47,184 nucleotides of DNA from the NCBI GenBank assembly GCA_036479435.1, contig JAZGFI010000263.1:1-47184 (forward strand), in the 5' to 3' direction. Numbering within the stretch: position 1 is the first letter of the stretch; each line of letters begins with the position of its first letter. This stretch comes from Planctomycetota bacterium. Its GTDB lineage: Bacteria; Planctomycetota; GCA-002687715; DRQF01. The translations under genes were made by a program, and so were the position numbers. The notes under the pieces were generated by a model. It searched no databases. It was not told where the DNA came from and saw nothing but the letters and a program-made list of their open reading frames with translations. Shown one piece after another: positions 1 to 9,330 of this stretch.

Positions 1-53
1 TCACTCGGTTCCAGCTGGTGGTCGACCTTGGCCGGATGGGATTGGGTACCCAT
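1..53 (-). CDS. possible 5' end of a gene running off the left edge (MGTQSHPAKVDHQLEPS...)
   Basis: ATG (cat at 51-53) opens a frame with no stop up to position 1; co-oriented with upstream DUF885 gene; product unknown. Confidence 0.35.
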   Translation of the reverse strand, partial: MGTQSHPAKVDHQLEPS

Positions 54-124
54 AGGGTTTCGAACAAAGTTTCAGATCTGACTAAGTCATTTCGTCCTCC
101 TTGACTGAGCTTTCCCAGCGCACT

Positions 125-150
125 GACACCGTATGACGACACCGTATGAC
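125..150. repeat. 13-nt perfect tandem repeat (GACACCGTATGAC x2)
   Basis: Read directly from sequence, intergenic. Confidence 0.9.
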
Positions 151-166
151 CGATTTTTGGTTTTTC

Positions 167-1849
167 TTAGTGGTTGAAGCGCCAGTTGGGGCGGCGGCGT
201 TGGTCCCAGGTTTGTTGGCGTAAGAGGCCGCGGAGGGCTTCGATGGGCATGCTGTTTGCCTTGAGGATGGCGTCGTGGAAGGCGCGTTCGCTGACACCCT
301 TGGGGACGACGAGTTCTTCGCGGAGACGCCACAGTTGCAGGCCGCCGATGAGGTAGCCGCACTGATAAAGGGGGCTGTAGACACCGCCGATGTAGCGCCG
401 AACTTCGGCGGTGGCACCGTCGCGTTCGAGGCCTACACATTCGCAAAGATAGTCGACCATCGCTTTGGGTTCCATCTCGCCGAGGTGGAACCTTAGGGAC
501 ACGATGACGCGCGCGCAGCGATGAAGTCGCCAAAACAGCGCACCGATTTTCTCCTCTGGCGTGCGAAAAAAGCCGTGGTGCCAAAAAAGCATCTCGCCGT
601 AGAGCGCCCAGCCTTCGATGTAGAAGGGAGTTCTAAACTGCAAACGATAGGTATTGGAACGGCGGGCGATGTAGGTCTGAAGGTGGTGTCCCGGGATGAG
701 TTCGTGAGGAGTCACCAAACGGCTGAAGTGCCGGTTGTTGCCGCGCATGCTGTCGACTTTTCGTGACTCGTTCATAGCGGCGGTAGGATAGGCGACGTTC
801 ATGCGCAAGTTGCCATAGCTGGCGAAGGGCAAGGTCTTTTGTCCTTCGGCCGAGATCATCTCCAAGTGCCAAAGCTCGCGACAAAGCGAAGGAATCGTCA
901 CAAGGTTTTTGTCGTCGCAAAACGCGATCGCCTCTTTGGCTTGACGGGCGACCAGCTCGTCTTGAGTCCCCGGAGCAACGTGCGCCGTCTTCACTTTTTC
1001 TGCCAAGGCCTTGCGCCAGTCATCGCCGTAGCCGAGTAGATTTGCGGCCTTTTTCATTTCGGCGTAACACCAAGCCTCGTGTTTTGTGGCCGCTTCGATC
1101 AGCCCTTTCGGATCGTAGCTGAGCATTTCGTGCGCCAAGTCTTCGGCGAGAGCCTCCGCGCCAATAGGCACGCCCACCAAGGCTTTCGGGCCGTCACGAT
1201 CTGCGGCCTTGGTGAGTTTTTCCCGGTAGTCAGAGATCTTGGAGCCAAGCGCGTCGTAAGCCGCCTTCACCCGCCAATGAAAGTTGGGGTCGTAGGGACC
1301 GAGGTTGCGATAGAAACGATCGAGCACGCGTTTACTTGCGCGTGTTGCTCGGGCGGCTTCACTGAGGAGCCAAGTCGGCGTGGCTTCACCTTTTTCGTCG
1401 AGATTTTTGGTGGCGGCCTCGACTTCTTTGATCGCGCCTTGGAGAGACTTCGCAGCGGCCGCGGGCGGTGCCGGTTCCAAGCGCCGGCGCGCGGCTTCTA
1501 AATCCGCGAGGCGAGCCGCGAAGGGAATCCACTCCGCGAGACTCGCGCGTTTCTTGGCATCTCGCTGCTCCAGCACCAACTGGTACTCGACCTCAGTTTT
1601 CAGCAAGTGCCAGTCGATGCGCTCCGAAGGCGTCAACTTTTTGAAGGGAATCGCGTCCATGAAACGCATCCAGTCGCGATGCAGCTCAAGGTGGCGCTCG
1701 CGGTGTGCAGCCGAAAAGCGGAGATCATAAAAACGCCGAAAGTCGCGGCGATCCTGTTCGTAGCGTCGGATGTGACTGGCCATCGTGGCTTGGGCGAAAA
1801 GGGGCGTGGCCATGGCCAGCAGCAAAGTGAAGGTCAATATGAAGCGCAT
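167..1849 (-). CDS. DUF885 family secreted protein (putative metallopeptidase-like)
   Basis: 560 aa, signal peptide; family motifs HELIPGHHLQ, EGWALYGE, RVIVSLRFH, EVRRY, YLIGGLQL. Confidence 0.85.
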   Translation of the reverse strand: MRFILTFTLLLAMATPLFAQATMASHIRRYEQDRRDFRRFYDLRFSAAHRERHLELHRDWMRFMDAIPFKKLTPSERIDWHLLKTEVEYQLVLEQRDAKKRASLAEWIPFAARLADLEAARRRLEPAPPAAAAKSLQGAIKEVEAATKNLDEKGEATPTWLLSEAARATRASKRVLDRFYRNLGPYDPNFHWRVKAAYDALGSKISDYREKLTKAADRDGPKALVGVPIGAEALAEDLAHEMLSYDPKGLIEAATKHEAWCYAEMKKAANLLGYGDDWRKALAEKVKTAHVAPGTQDELVARQAKEAIAFCDDKNLVTIPSLCRELWHLEMISAEGQKTLPFASYGNLRMNVAYPTAAMNESRKVDSMRGNNRHFSRLVTPHELIPGHHLQTYIARRSNTYRLQFRTPFYIEGWALYGEMLFWHHGFFRTPEEKIGALFWRLHRCARVIVSLRFHLGEMEPKAMVDYLCECVGLERDGATAEVRRYIGGVYSPLYQCGYLIGGLQLWRLREELVVPKGVSERAFHDAILKANSMPIEALRGLLRQQTWDQRRRPNWRFNH

Positions 1850-1957
1850 TGGGAGTCCTTTCGGCCAAACTGGTCCGCGTTATCCTAACGCGCATCGCGG
1901 GCCAGGGTTTGGCTGGGGTGTCACCTCGTTGTCCCACTTCGGCTTCACGCCCTAGTA

Positions 1958-2899
1958 ATGAGATCCATGCCCTCTCGCCTGCACCCTCCGACTCCGGTTC
2001 CAGCTCCGCCTTCCGTCCGCGAACGCAACGCGGCCTTTGTCGGCATCATCTTCGTGCAGTTTTGCTTCGCGAGTTTTCCGGTCGCGGGCAAGTTCGCTTT
2101 TGAGGGCTTCGCTCCCTTATCTCTGGCGACTTGGCGGGTCATCATCGCGGCGTCGATCTTTGGCTTTGCGGCTTGGTACCGACATCGCGGCGAGCTGTGG
2201 GTGGGCTGGCGTGACCTGGCTCTTTTGGGCCTGCTTAGTCTGTTGGGCATAACCTTCAACCAAGTGCTGTTCATCAAGGGGCTTTCGCTTTCCACCGCGA
2301 CCAACGCAGGGCTCATCATGCCGGTCATCCCGGTCGCCACCTACGCATTCGCACTCGTTCTGGGCCGTGAGCCCATCCGACCCCGGCGGATTTTCGGATT
2401 GGCGCTGGCCTGCTTTGGAGTGGGACTGTTGTTCGTGAAGGGAAAAGGCGCCGAGCTCGGCGGCGACACGACGGCCGGCGACTTGATGATGGTCGGCAAT
2501 GCCTGTTGCTATGGGCTCTATCTCGTGTTGGCCAAACCGGTCTTGCTCCGCCACCAACCCTTAGTGATCACGGCTTGGGTTTTCGGTTTCGGCGCGATCT
2601 GTGTGCCTTGGTTTGCAGTTGGGAATCCGCTGTTTCCGGCCAACGCTGCGCCCGCAGCCTGGATGGCGCTGGCTTGGATCATCGTGTTCCCAACTCTGAT
2701 CGGCTACTTTTTGAACCTCTGGGCGCTGCGCCAAATGGACGCCAGCATCGCGGGGATCTTCATGTGCCTGCAGCCGATGATTGCGATCTCTGGCGCGGTG
2801 ATCTTTTTGGGAGAACCCTTCACTTCCTTGACGGCCGTCAGCTGCGGGCTTGTTTTGGCGGGGGTGGCGCTAGTTTCACTCCGAATGCGAAGACCCTAA
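1958..2899 (+). CDS. DMT/EamA family transporter
   Basis: 313 aa, about ten hydrophobic segments, two EamA-like halves (GLSLSTATNAGLI...LGREP; IAGIFMCLQP...FLGEP). Confidence 0.9.
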   Translation: MRSMPSRLHPPTPVPAPPSVRERNAAFVGIIFVQFCFASFPVAGKFAFEGFAPLSLATWRVIIAASIFGFAAWYRHRGELWVGWRDLALLGLLSLLGITFNQVLFIKGLSLSTATNAGLIMPVIPVATYAFALVLGREPIRPRRIFGLALACFGVGLLFVKGKGAELGGDTTAGDLMMVGNACCYGLYLVLAKPVLLRHQPLVITAWVFGFGAICVPWFAVGNPLFPANAAPAAWMALAWIIVFPTLIGYFLNLWALRQMDASIAGIFMCLQPMIAISGAVIFLGEPFTSLTAVSCGLVLAGVALVSLRMRRP

Positions 2900-3097
2900 G
2901 CCGCCACTACCAATGTCCTTATGACACTCAGGACTTGCTCAGCATTGAAGGAGCCACAAAGATCGAAATCAAGCCACCGGGCGAACGTGTATCTTCTTGA
3001 AGCCCCGGCTATGATTTCGTGTTCCCGTGTAAATTTCGCGAACCGCGAAGACCCGTGCTTCGCCCCTCGCACTTTGTCCCAGAATAGGAAACAAACC

Positions 3098-4309
3098 ATG
3101 CTGAAATCGAGGCTGCTCCTCGTTGTTTTGATGGTCACGATGGGCATCGTCCCGACGTGGGCCCAAGAAGCAACGAAGGATGCCACTAAACAAAGTGACC
3201 TTGAGTCGACGATCAAAAATGCGATCGACGAACTCGCTGCCCTTGAATCCAAATTCGACAAGAAGCTGCGCGCCATGCCGCGCAATGAGCAACGAGCTTA
3301 TTACAACGAGAACCAGCCGGATGCGGCCCCCTTCATCGCACGCGTCAAAAAAGCCGTCAGCGCCAACAGCGCCGACCCAGCGGCAGCCGCAGGATTGAAC
3401 TTTCTCATCCAGCGTTCCCAGCGCGGCGACGACAAGACCAAGGCTTGGGCCAGCGACCTTGCACTCAAACATCACCGCAATGACGCCAAGTGCATGGGGA
3501 CCGTTATTGGCGGCTGCGAACGCGACTACAGCGTCAAGTCGGCTGGTATCCTCGAGTCATTGGGGACCCATCGCGACTCGCAGATCGCAATTCCAGCCTT
3601 GTTCTCAAAGATCGAACGCTTGAAGAGTCTCGCAGGAGCCGCGAAGCGTTTTGGCGGCATCACCGACGACAAGATGAAAAAGGGCTGGATCGATCACTTT
3701 GGCGATGACGTCATCGCCTCTTTCACCGATGTTGACAGTGCCAAGACCGAATCCAAAGCCGAGACAATGCTCAGGGCATTGGCCAAAAACCCCGACCTCG
3801 CCAAGGTCAAGTACCGCCGGGGCACCTACGCCGACGCGGTCAATGACAAGCTCTTCGTCCTCGACAACCTCGCCGTGGGCAAAAAAGCTCCCGAGATCCT
3901 CGGCACCGACGTCGATGGCACCGAGTTCAAGTTGTCCGACTATCGCGGCAAAGCCGTGCTCTTGGACTTCTGGGGTCACTGGTGAGGCCCCTGCGTGGCC
4001 ATGTTCCCACACGAGCGGTCGCTCGTTAAGGCTTACCAAAACCGTCCCTTCGCCATCGTTGGCGTCAACTCCGACTCAGATCTCAAAGAAGTTAAGGAAA
4101 AGAACGCCAAGCAGAACATCACTTGGCGCTCCTTCTGCGACAAGAGCGGCGGCCCGATCGCCAAAGCCTGGAGAATCCGAGGCTGGCCCACGCTTTACTA
4201 CATCGATCACGAAGGTGTCATTCAGCACATCAACGAACGCGGTGAAAAGAAGATGGAAGAGATCATCGAAGCGATGGTCGTGAAGGCTGAAGCCGCCCAA
4301 AAGGGCTAG
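3098..4309 (+). CDS. secreted TlpA/thioredoxin-like disulfide reductase, probable selenoprotein (UxxC; UGA at 3983-3985)
   Basis: ORFs 2921-3985 and 3995-4309 are in the same frame; reading through TGA gives [60 protein letters not shown], a complete TlpA fold; ATG at 3098 follows AGGA and starts a signal peptide. Confidence 0.88.
4011..4026 (+). promoter_or_regulatory. candidate bacterial SECIS hairpin
   Basis: ACGAGC-GGTC-GCTCGT perfect 6-bp stem, loop begins with G, loop about 31 nt downstream of the in-frame UGA. Confidence 0.6.
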
Positions 4310-4337
4310 ACGCTTTCGTCCACTAAGCAAAGAACGA

Positions 4338-4380
4338 CCCCGTCGCGGATTTCATCGTCTGCGGCGGGGCTTTGTTTTGT
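4338..4380 (+). terminator. intrinsic terminator between convergent genes
   Basis: CCCCGTCGCGGA...TCTGCGGCGGGG stem followed by CTTTGTTTTGT. Confidence 0.75.
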
Positions 4381-4391
4381 CTCGAAATTTT

Positions 4392-5189
4392 CTAACCCGA
4401 AAAGTCTTTCGGGGTGATGGGCCAGCGACGCCCGCAACGCGGGCAAGTCACATCGACGGAATCGCGATCAGAAAACAGGGTCTCCCGGTCGTCAGCCCAG
4501 GCCGCCGTCACAATGTGCGCGACTTTCTCTTTGCTGCATCCGCACTGAAACCAAAACTCGCGCTCATCGAGCGACCGGAGCTTGTCGTAGTTTTTGCGGG
4601 CTTGGTCTCGATCGAGCTGCTCGATCCAGTCATGGTGTCCCACCGGCAAGCTGGCGACCATAAGGTAGTCGTTGAAATCTAACTCGAAATAGCGCGTCAT
4701 GGCCTGATCGGATCGACGCGAGTATTGCTCGAATATCTGAAGGACATCCAAGCCCTCCACTTCGACGACGCTGCGACGGTCTTGCCCTTGGCTCCGCCTC
4801 GAATCGACGTAAAGGCGCGAAGTCTGGGCGGTCTGCACATCTTCGGCGTAGAAGCAGCCCGTGACACCGCGGCTTACCGTGGACCCCGTCGCAAAGAGGT
4901 TCATCGCCGGTTCCTTGATGTTCAAAGTCCAGGCGAGGTTTTCGTCGTGCGGGCGCGAGGAAAGATAAAGGGCCGATCCGCCTAAGAGCTGGTGCATCAT
5001 GATCTCGCCCAAAGGATCGGGGTCAACCTGCCACAGGCGGGCGTGATCGTCATAGGCGGCGCTAAGAGCCGTGAAATCGCCGCGCGCGTAGATGGCTTCG
5101 TTTTTTTCATCCAGCATGCGCCGCACCAAAACACGACCGGGCATCGGCGGTTCGGTCGGCGCTGGCTTGGAATCTGAAGATGAAGTCAA
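4392..5189 (-). CDS. hslO: Hsp33 family redox-regulated chaperone
   Basis: C-terminal zinc motif FQCGCS...VTCPRCGRRW; EQYSRRSDQ resembles the YF..SEQ motif; start codon uncertain. Confidence 0.75.
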   Translation of the reverse strand: MTSSSDSKPAPTEPPMPGRVLVRRMLDEKNEAIYARGDFTALSAAYDDHARLWQVDPDPLGEIMMHQLLGGSALYLSSRPHDENLAWTLNIKEPAMNLFATGSTVSRGVTGCFYAEDVQTAQTSRLYVDSRRSQGQDRRSVVEVEGLDVLQIFEQYSRRSDQAMTRYFELDFNDYLMVASLPVGHHDWIEQLDRDQARKNYDKLRSLDEREFWFQCGCSKEKVAHIVTAAWADDRETLFSDRDSVDVTCPRCGRRWPITPKDFSG

Positions 5190-7639
5190 AGGCGCGATTC
5201 ACTCCGATTATTGCTGTCGTTGGCCTGGCGCGAGGGAGATCTTAGGAGGTGGTCCGGCAAAGGAAAACCATCCACCTGGATGGCATCGTCGCGCGCGGCG
5301 AGCGCGGCTCGGTAGATAGCGGCTTCCTCGGGACTGACGATAGCCGCATTTTCAGCGGCAGCCAAAAGTGCAGCGGGCCGGCCCTTCGGCAGTTTTCTGG
5401 CCTGCGAAGCCTGACGGATTTTATTGGCGATCGGGGCTGCCTCTTCACCCAGGGTGTGAGCGCGTTCCAGGCGCAGCAAGGCGTCGTCTTCGTTCTGCGG
5501 GCGAAAATTACCCGCCGTTAGGCGATCGCGTTGTTCGGACATGCTGCGGCAAATGCCAGCGACTTTGGAGCCTACTTCGTCACTCGGACCAGTTCCAATC
5601 GAGTTGAGTCGCGCCCACCAAAGGACCGGACCGCGCAAGATGAGCCCGACACCCGGGAAGGGGAAATTGCGGTAGATCCCCTCGAAGGAGATCTGAATCT
5701 GCCGGAAGGTCTCGTCGATCGCCCATTGAAAGACCGGACGGTCTTCGGGACGCTGGCCTTCGGCTTCGAAACGCCGCAGCACGGCGGTGCCGATGTAGAG
5801 CCAGGACAAAACGTCGGCTAACCTCCCGGTGAGTTTCTCGCGGCGTTTCAAGTTGCCGCCAAGCGTCACCATCGCGAGATCTGCAATGAAGGCGAAGCTT
5901 GCGGAAGCCCAAGCGAGCTTGCGCCAAGCCCCGGCCGCCGGGCCGGAAACGGGCGCGGGGATTAGCATGCCGCGCGTCAGGCTGAAGGTGAAGGCACGAC
6001 CGGCGTTTCTCACCATGTGCCCCACGTGACCCCAGAGGGCTTTGTCGAAGGCCTTCATGTCGCCCTTGATCAGCGCTTCCAACTCTTCGCGCGCGAAGGG
6101 ATGGCAACGCATGGCCCCCTGCCCGAAGACAATCATGGTTCGGGTGAGGATGTTGGCGCCTTCGACGGTAATCGGAATTGGAGCCGCTTCGTAGCTTGAG
6201 GCCAACAAGTTGCGCGGGCCGCGCGAAATGCCGGCCCCAGCCATGACGTCCATGCCGTCGTTGACGACGCGCCGCCAAAGCTCGGTGAGCTGGTACTTCA
6301 CGATGGCGGAAACCACCGAGGGTTTCTCGCCGGCGTCGACGCCTTTGACCGTTAGCACGCGCACGGCTTCAGAGAGGTAGGCCTGCCCGAGAATCCGAGC
6401 CAGTGGTTCCTCGATGCCTTCAAAGCGTCCCACTGGCATGCCGAACTGGTGGCGCACGGCAGAGTAGGAGCCCGTGATGCGAGCGGTCATCTCGGCCGTA
6501 GCAACGCAGGCTGCCGGCAAAGCGATACCGCGACCCACAGCGAGGCATTCCATGAGCATGTGCCAGCCGCGGCCCGCTCCGTCCGCGCCCCCGATGATGG
6601 AATCGACCGGCGCAACAACGTCATGTCCTTCCATCGGACAGTTGTAAAAGGGGATGCCCAAGGGGTCGTGGCGTTCTTCAATGACAATGCCCGGCGCATC
6701 GGCGGAGATAAGGGCACAGGTGATGCCCGGGTTTTCGCCCTTGCCGAGGAGATTGTCCGGGTCGCGCAACTTGAAGGCCAAACCCACGACGGTCGAAACG
6801 GCGGCGAGGCTGGTGTAGCGCTTCACCCAGTTGAAACGAATCTTCAGAGTTTGGTCGTTGTCGAGAAAGACCTCGCCTTCGGCCGACAAGGCCCCCGCAT
6901 CCGAGCCCGCGTTGGGTTCGGTCAAGGCAAAGCAAGGCATGTGTTCGCCGGTAGCGAGCTTCGGCAGGTATTCGTTTTTTTGTTCTTCGGTGCCGTAGTG
7001 CTGTAGCAGCTCGGCCGGGCCGAGCGAGTTCGGAATCATCACCGTGACCGAAAGCGGAAAACAGCGCGACGCGAGTTTTTTGATCACCGCACTGAGACCC
7101 GAAGCACTGAGTTCATGGCCGCCGTACTTTTTGGGAACGATGAGCCCGAAGAATCCCTCGCGCTTCAAAAAGTCCCAAAGCTCGGGCGTAAAATCACCGT
7201 CGCGATGCGCTTCCCAGTCGTCGCACATCCGGCAGGCTTCTTCGACCGGCCCGTCGAGGAAGGCCTGTTCATCCGCGGGTAAGTCGGTGCTGTAAGGTTG
7301 CGCGGAGAGCTTTTTGAGATCGGGGCGGCCAGAAAACAGATCGCCATCCAACCAGACGGTGCCCGCTTCCAAGGCGATGCGTTCGGTCTCCGAAATCCGG
7401 GGCAAAAGACCCATGCGTTTCATGAGGGCCGCCAGCGGCGTGGACACGACTCTTTGTCGCAGTACCGGCAAGTTGAAAACAAGTCCCAAGACGGCAGCTA
7501 GCGCCCAAAACCACAAAGGGGCCCCTGAAAACAGCATGATCGCGACCGCAACGACGGTCCAAGCGATGAGGGGGGCTCCCACGAATGCCAAGATCACGGC
7601 GGCCAAAGCCGTCAGAGCCAAAATCCAGAACAAAGCCAT
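5186..7639 (-). CDS. fadE: long-form membrane-anchored acyl-CoA dehydrogenase
   Basis: N-terminal TM segment; LPRISETERIALEAGTVW, PNSLGPAELL, CFALTEPNAGSDA, PIPITVEGANILTR, GGNLKRREKLTGRLAD motifs. Confidence 0.92.
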   Translation of the reverse strand: MALFWILALTALAAVILAFVGAPLIAWTVVAVAIMLFSGAPLWFWALAAVLGLVFNLPVLRQRVVSTPLAALMKRMGLLPRISETERIALEAGTVWLDGDLFSGRPDLKKLSAQPYSTDLPADEQAFLDGPVEEACRMCDDWEAHRDGDFTPELWDFLKREGFFGLIVPKKYGGHELSASGLSAVIKKLASRCFPLSVTVMIPNSLGPAELLQHYGTEEQKNEYLPKLATGEHMPCFALTEPNAGSDAGALSAEGEVFLDNDQTLKIRFNWVKRYTSLAAVSTVVGLAFKLRDPDNLLGKGENPGITCALISADAPGIVIEERHDPLGIPFYNCPMEGHDVVAPVDSIIGGADGAGRGWHMLMECLAVGRGIALPAACVATAEMTARITGSYSAVRHQFGMPVGRFEGIEEPLARILGQAYLSEAVRVLTVKGVDAGEKPSVVSAIVKYQLTELWRRVVNDGMDVMAGAGISRGPRNLLASSYEAAPIPITVEGANILTRTMIVFGQGAMRCHPFAREELEALIKGDMKAFDKALWGHVGHMVRNAGRAFTFSLTRGMLIPAPVSGPAAGAWRKLAWASASFAFIADLAMVTLGGNLKRREKLTGRLADVLSWLYIGTAVLRRFEAEGQRPEDRPVFQWAIDETFRQIQISFEGIYRNFPFPGVGLILRGPVLWWARLNSIGTGPSDEVGSKVAGICRSMSEQRDRLTAGNFRPQNEDDALLRLERAHTLGEEAAPIANKIRQASQARKLPKGRPAALLAAAENAAIVSPEEAAIYRAALAARDDAIQVDGFPLPDHLLRSPSRQANDSNNRSESRL

Positions 7640-7730
7640 CAATTGCTCCGTGATAGGGGTCGGCGCTGGACCTAAAGGCCCAGCCCTCTACTATCGGTAG
7701 AGCGGCCCCCATGAGACAAGGGTAGCGCTT

Positions 7731-7740
7731 ACTGATCAGT
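7731..7740. promoter_or_regulatory. 10-bp palindrome (ACTGATCAGT), possible repressor site in divergent promoter region
   Basis: Perfect palindrome 20 nt upstream of ATG 7761. Confidence 0.35.
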
Positions 7741-7760
7741 CATTTAGGACAAGTTTCGCC

Positions 7761-8187
7761 ATGCGCGCTTGGGTCTTGAGAGAAAACTTTGGGCCGGGAG
7801 GATTGTCTTTGGAGCAGATCCCCTCCCCGCGGCCCGGGCGCGCTGAGATCTTGATCCAGGTCAAAGCCTCAGCTCTTAATCGCGCGGATCTGCTGCAAAC
7901 CCATGGGCACTACCCCGCCCCTAAATCTGACATCGAAGTGCCGGGCTTGGAGTTCGCGGGTGAAGTCTTAGAAGTCGGGGCCGAGGTACGGGGCTTTGCG
8001 GTCGCGAAGTGACGACGAAAAAAGCGAACTCATCGCCGAGCTGGAGAACGCCTGTCGTTCCCGTCTCGAGGCGGGCCGGCTCGATCCTGTCGTTGACCGC
8101 GTTTTCGACTTTGAGCAGACGCCAGCCGCTTTGGAGTATCTGGCCTCACGCGCGAACCTCGGCAAAGTCGCACTACGCCACACCTGA
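7761..8187 (+). pseudogene. NAD(P)H:quinone oxidoreductase (zeta-crystallin/PIG3 type) with large internal deletion and frameshift
   Basis: N-terminal part (VKASALNRADLLQTHGHYP..PGLEFAGEVLEVG..GFAV) joins directly in another frame to C-terminal part (LRSRSDDEK..LDPVVDRVFDF..GKVAL); nucleotide-binding domain is absent. Confidence 0.85.
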
Positions 8188-8226
8188 GCCGGTGAGATTC
8201 CAGGGTAAAGTGGCTATGATGCGCCC

Positions 8227-9315
8227 ATGAGTAAGACCCTGAGCCGCGAAGTCATCCACCGGATGCCCAAAACCCTCCTCCACGATCACTTGGACGGAGG
8301 CCTCCGCCCGGAGACCGTTTTGGAACTTGCCGCCGAGCGCAAGATTCACCTGGAAGCCGACGAGCCCGATGCTCTTCGTCAGTGGTTTTTCCGCGGCGCC
8401 AACCGGGGAAGTTTGCCCGAGTATCTAGAAGGCTTCGGCGTCACCTGCGGTCTGATGCAAGACGAAGCCGGCCTGGAGCGCGTGGCTTACGAACTCATCG
8501 AAGATATGGAGGCCGAAAACATCGTCTACACCGAGGTGCGTTTTGCCCCGAACCTCCACCTCGATGGCGGCCTCAATCTTGAACAAGTGATGTCGGCGGT
8601 CATTGATGGGCTTGAACGGGGCCGGGCCGAGTTCGGCGTTCAGTACTCGCTGATCCTCTGCGGCATGCGCAACATGGACCCGGCGATCTCGCTCAAGATG
8701 GCCGAGCTGGCGATTTCCTTTCGTGAACGCGGCTGCCGCGGTTTCGACCTCGCTGGTGACGAATCCGGCCACCCGCCCAAAGATCACCTCGACGCCTTTC
8801 ATCTGTGCCAACGCGAAAACTTCAACATCACCATTCACGCCGGGGAGGCCTTTGGCAAGGCGAGCATCTGGCAGGCCCTTCAGTACTGCGGCGCCCATCG
8901 CATCGGCCACGGCACGCGCCTCACCGAAGACATGACCATCCACGACGGAGAAGTTGTCGCCTTGGGCCCGCTGGCTTCCTTCGTTCGCGACCACCGCATT
9001 CCGATCGAGATTTGCCTGCAAAGCAACGTCCACACTGGGGCTTGCGACACGATCGAAGATCACCCCTTCCGCCTGCTCTTCGATCAGCATTTTCGGATCA
9101 CCCTCAACACCGACAACCGCCTCATGTCCAACACCTCGATGACCGACGAACTCGAAGTGGCCCATCGCATCTTCGGCCTCGACGCCGCCGACATCGAAAA
9201 GATCATGATCAACGGCATGAAGAGCGCCTTCATCGACTATCCCGAGCGCTGCCGCCTTATCTATGACTCGATCAAAGCGGGCTACAACGCGATGCGACAA
9301 GAGAAACTCATTTGA
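8227..9315 (+). CDS. add: adenosine deaminase
   Basis: MPKTLLHDHLDGGLRP, YTEVRFAP, GFDLAGDE, TIHAGE, RIGHG, LNTDN motifs. Confidence 0.93.
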   Translation: MSKTLSREVIHRMPKTLLHDHLDGGLRPETVLELAAERKIHLEADEPDALRQWFFRGANRGSLPEYLEGFGVTCGLMQDEAGLERVAYELIEDMEAENIVYTEVRFAPNLHLDGGLNLEQVMSAVIDGLERGRAEFGVQYSLILCGMRNMDPAISLKMAELAISFRERGCRGFDLAGDESGHPPKDHLDAFHLCQRENFNITIHAGEAFGKASIWQALQYCGAHRIGHGTRLTEDMTIHDGEVVALGPLASFVRDHRIPIEICLQSNVHTGACDTIEDHPFRLLFDQHFRITLNTDNRLMSNTSMTDELEVAHRIFGLDAADIEKIMINGMKSAFIDYPERCRLIYDSIKAGYNAMRQEKLI

Positions 9316-9330
9316 GCCGCAAGCTCAGGC

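Noticed and set aside
2921..3097. 59-aa N-terminal extension in the ORF track
   Set aside because: Signal peptide and AGGA ribosome site point to ATG 3098
3983..3985. UGA read as Trp or Gly (genetic code 4/25)
   Set aside because: Many genes in the window end normally in TGA and Trp is encoded by TGG; only this catalytic-site UGA is internal
8425..9300. Long antisense ORFs (e.g. 8425-9300, 12015-12731, 25485-26366, 33329-34030)
   Set aside because: Shadow frames of well-supported genes, expected in GC-rich DNA with strong codon bias
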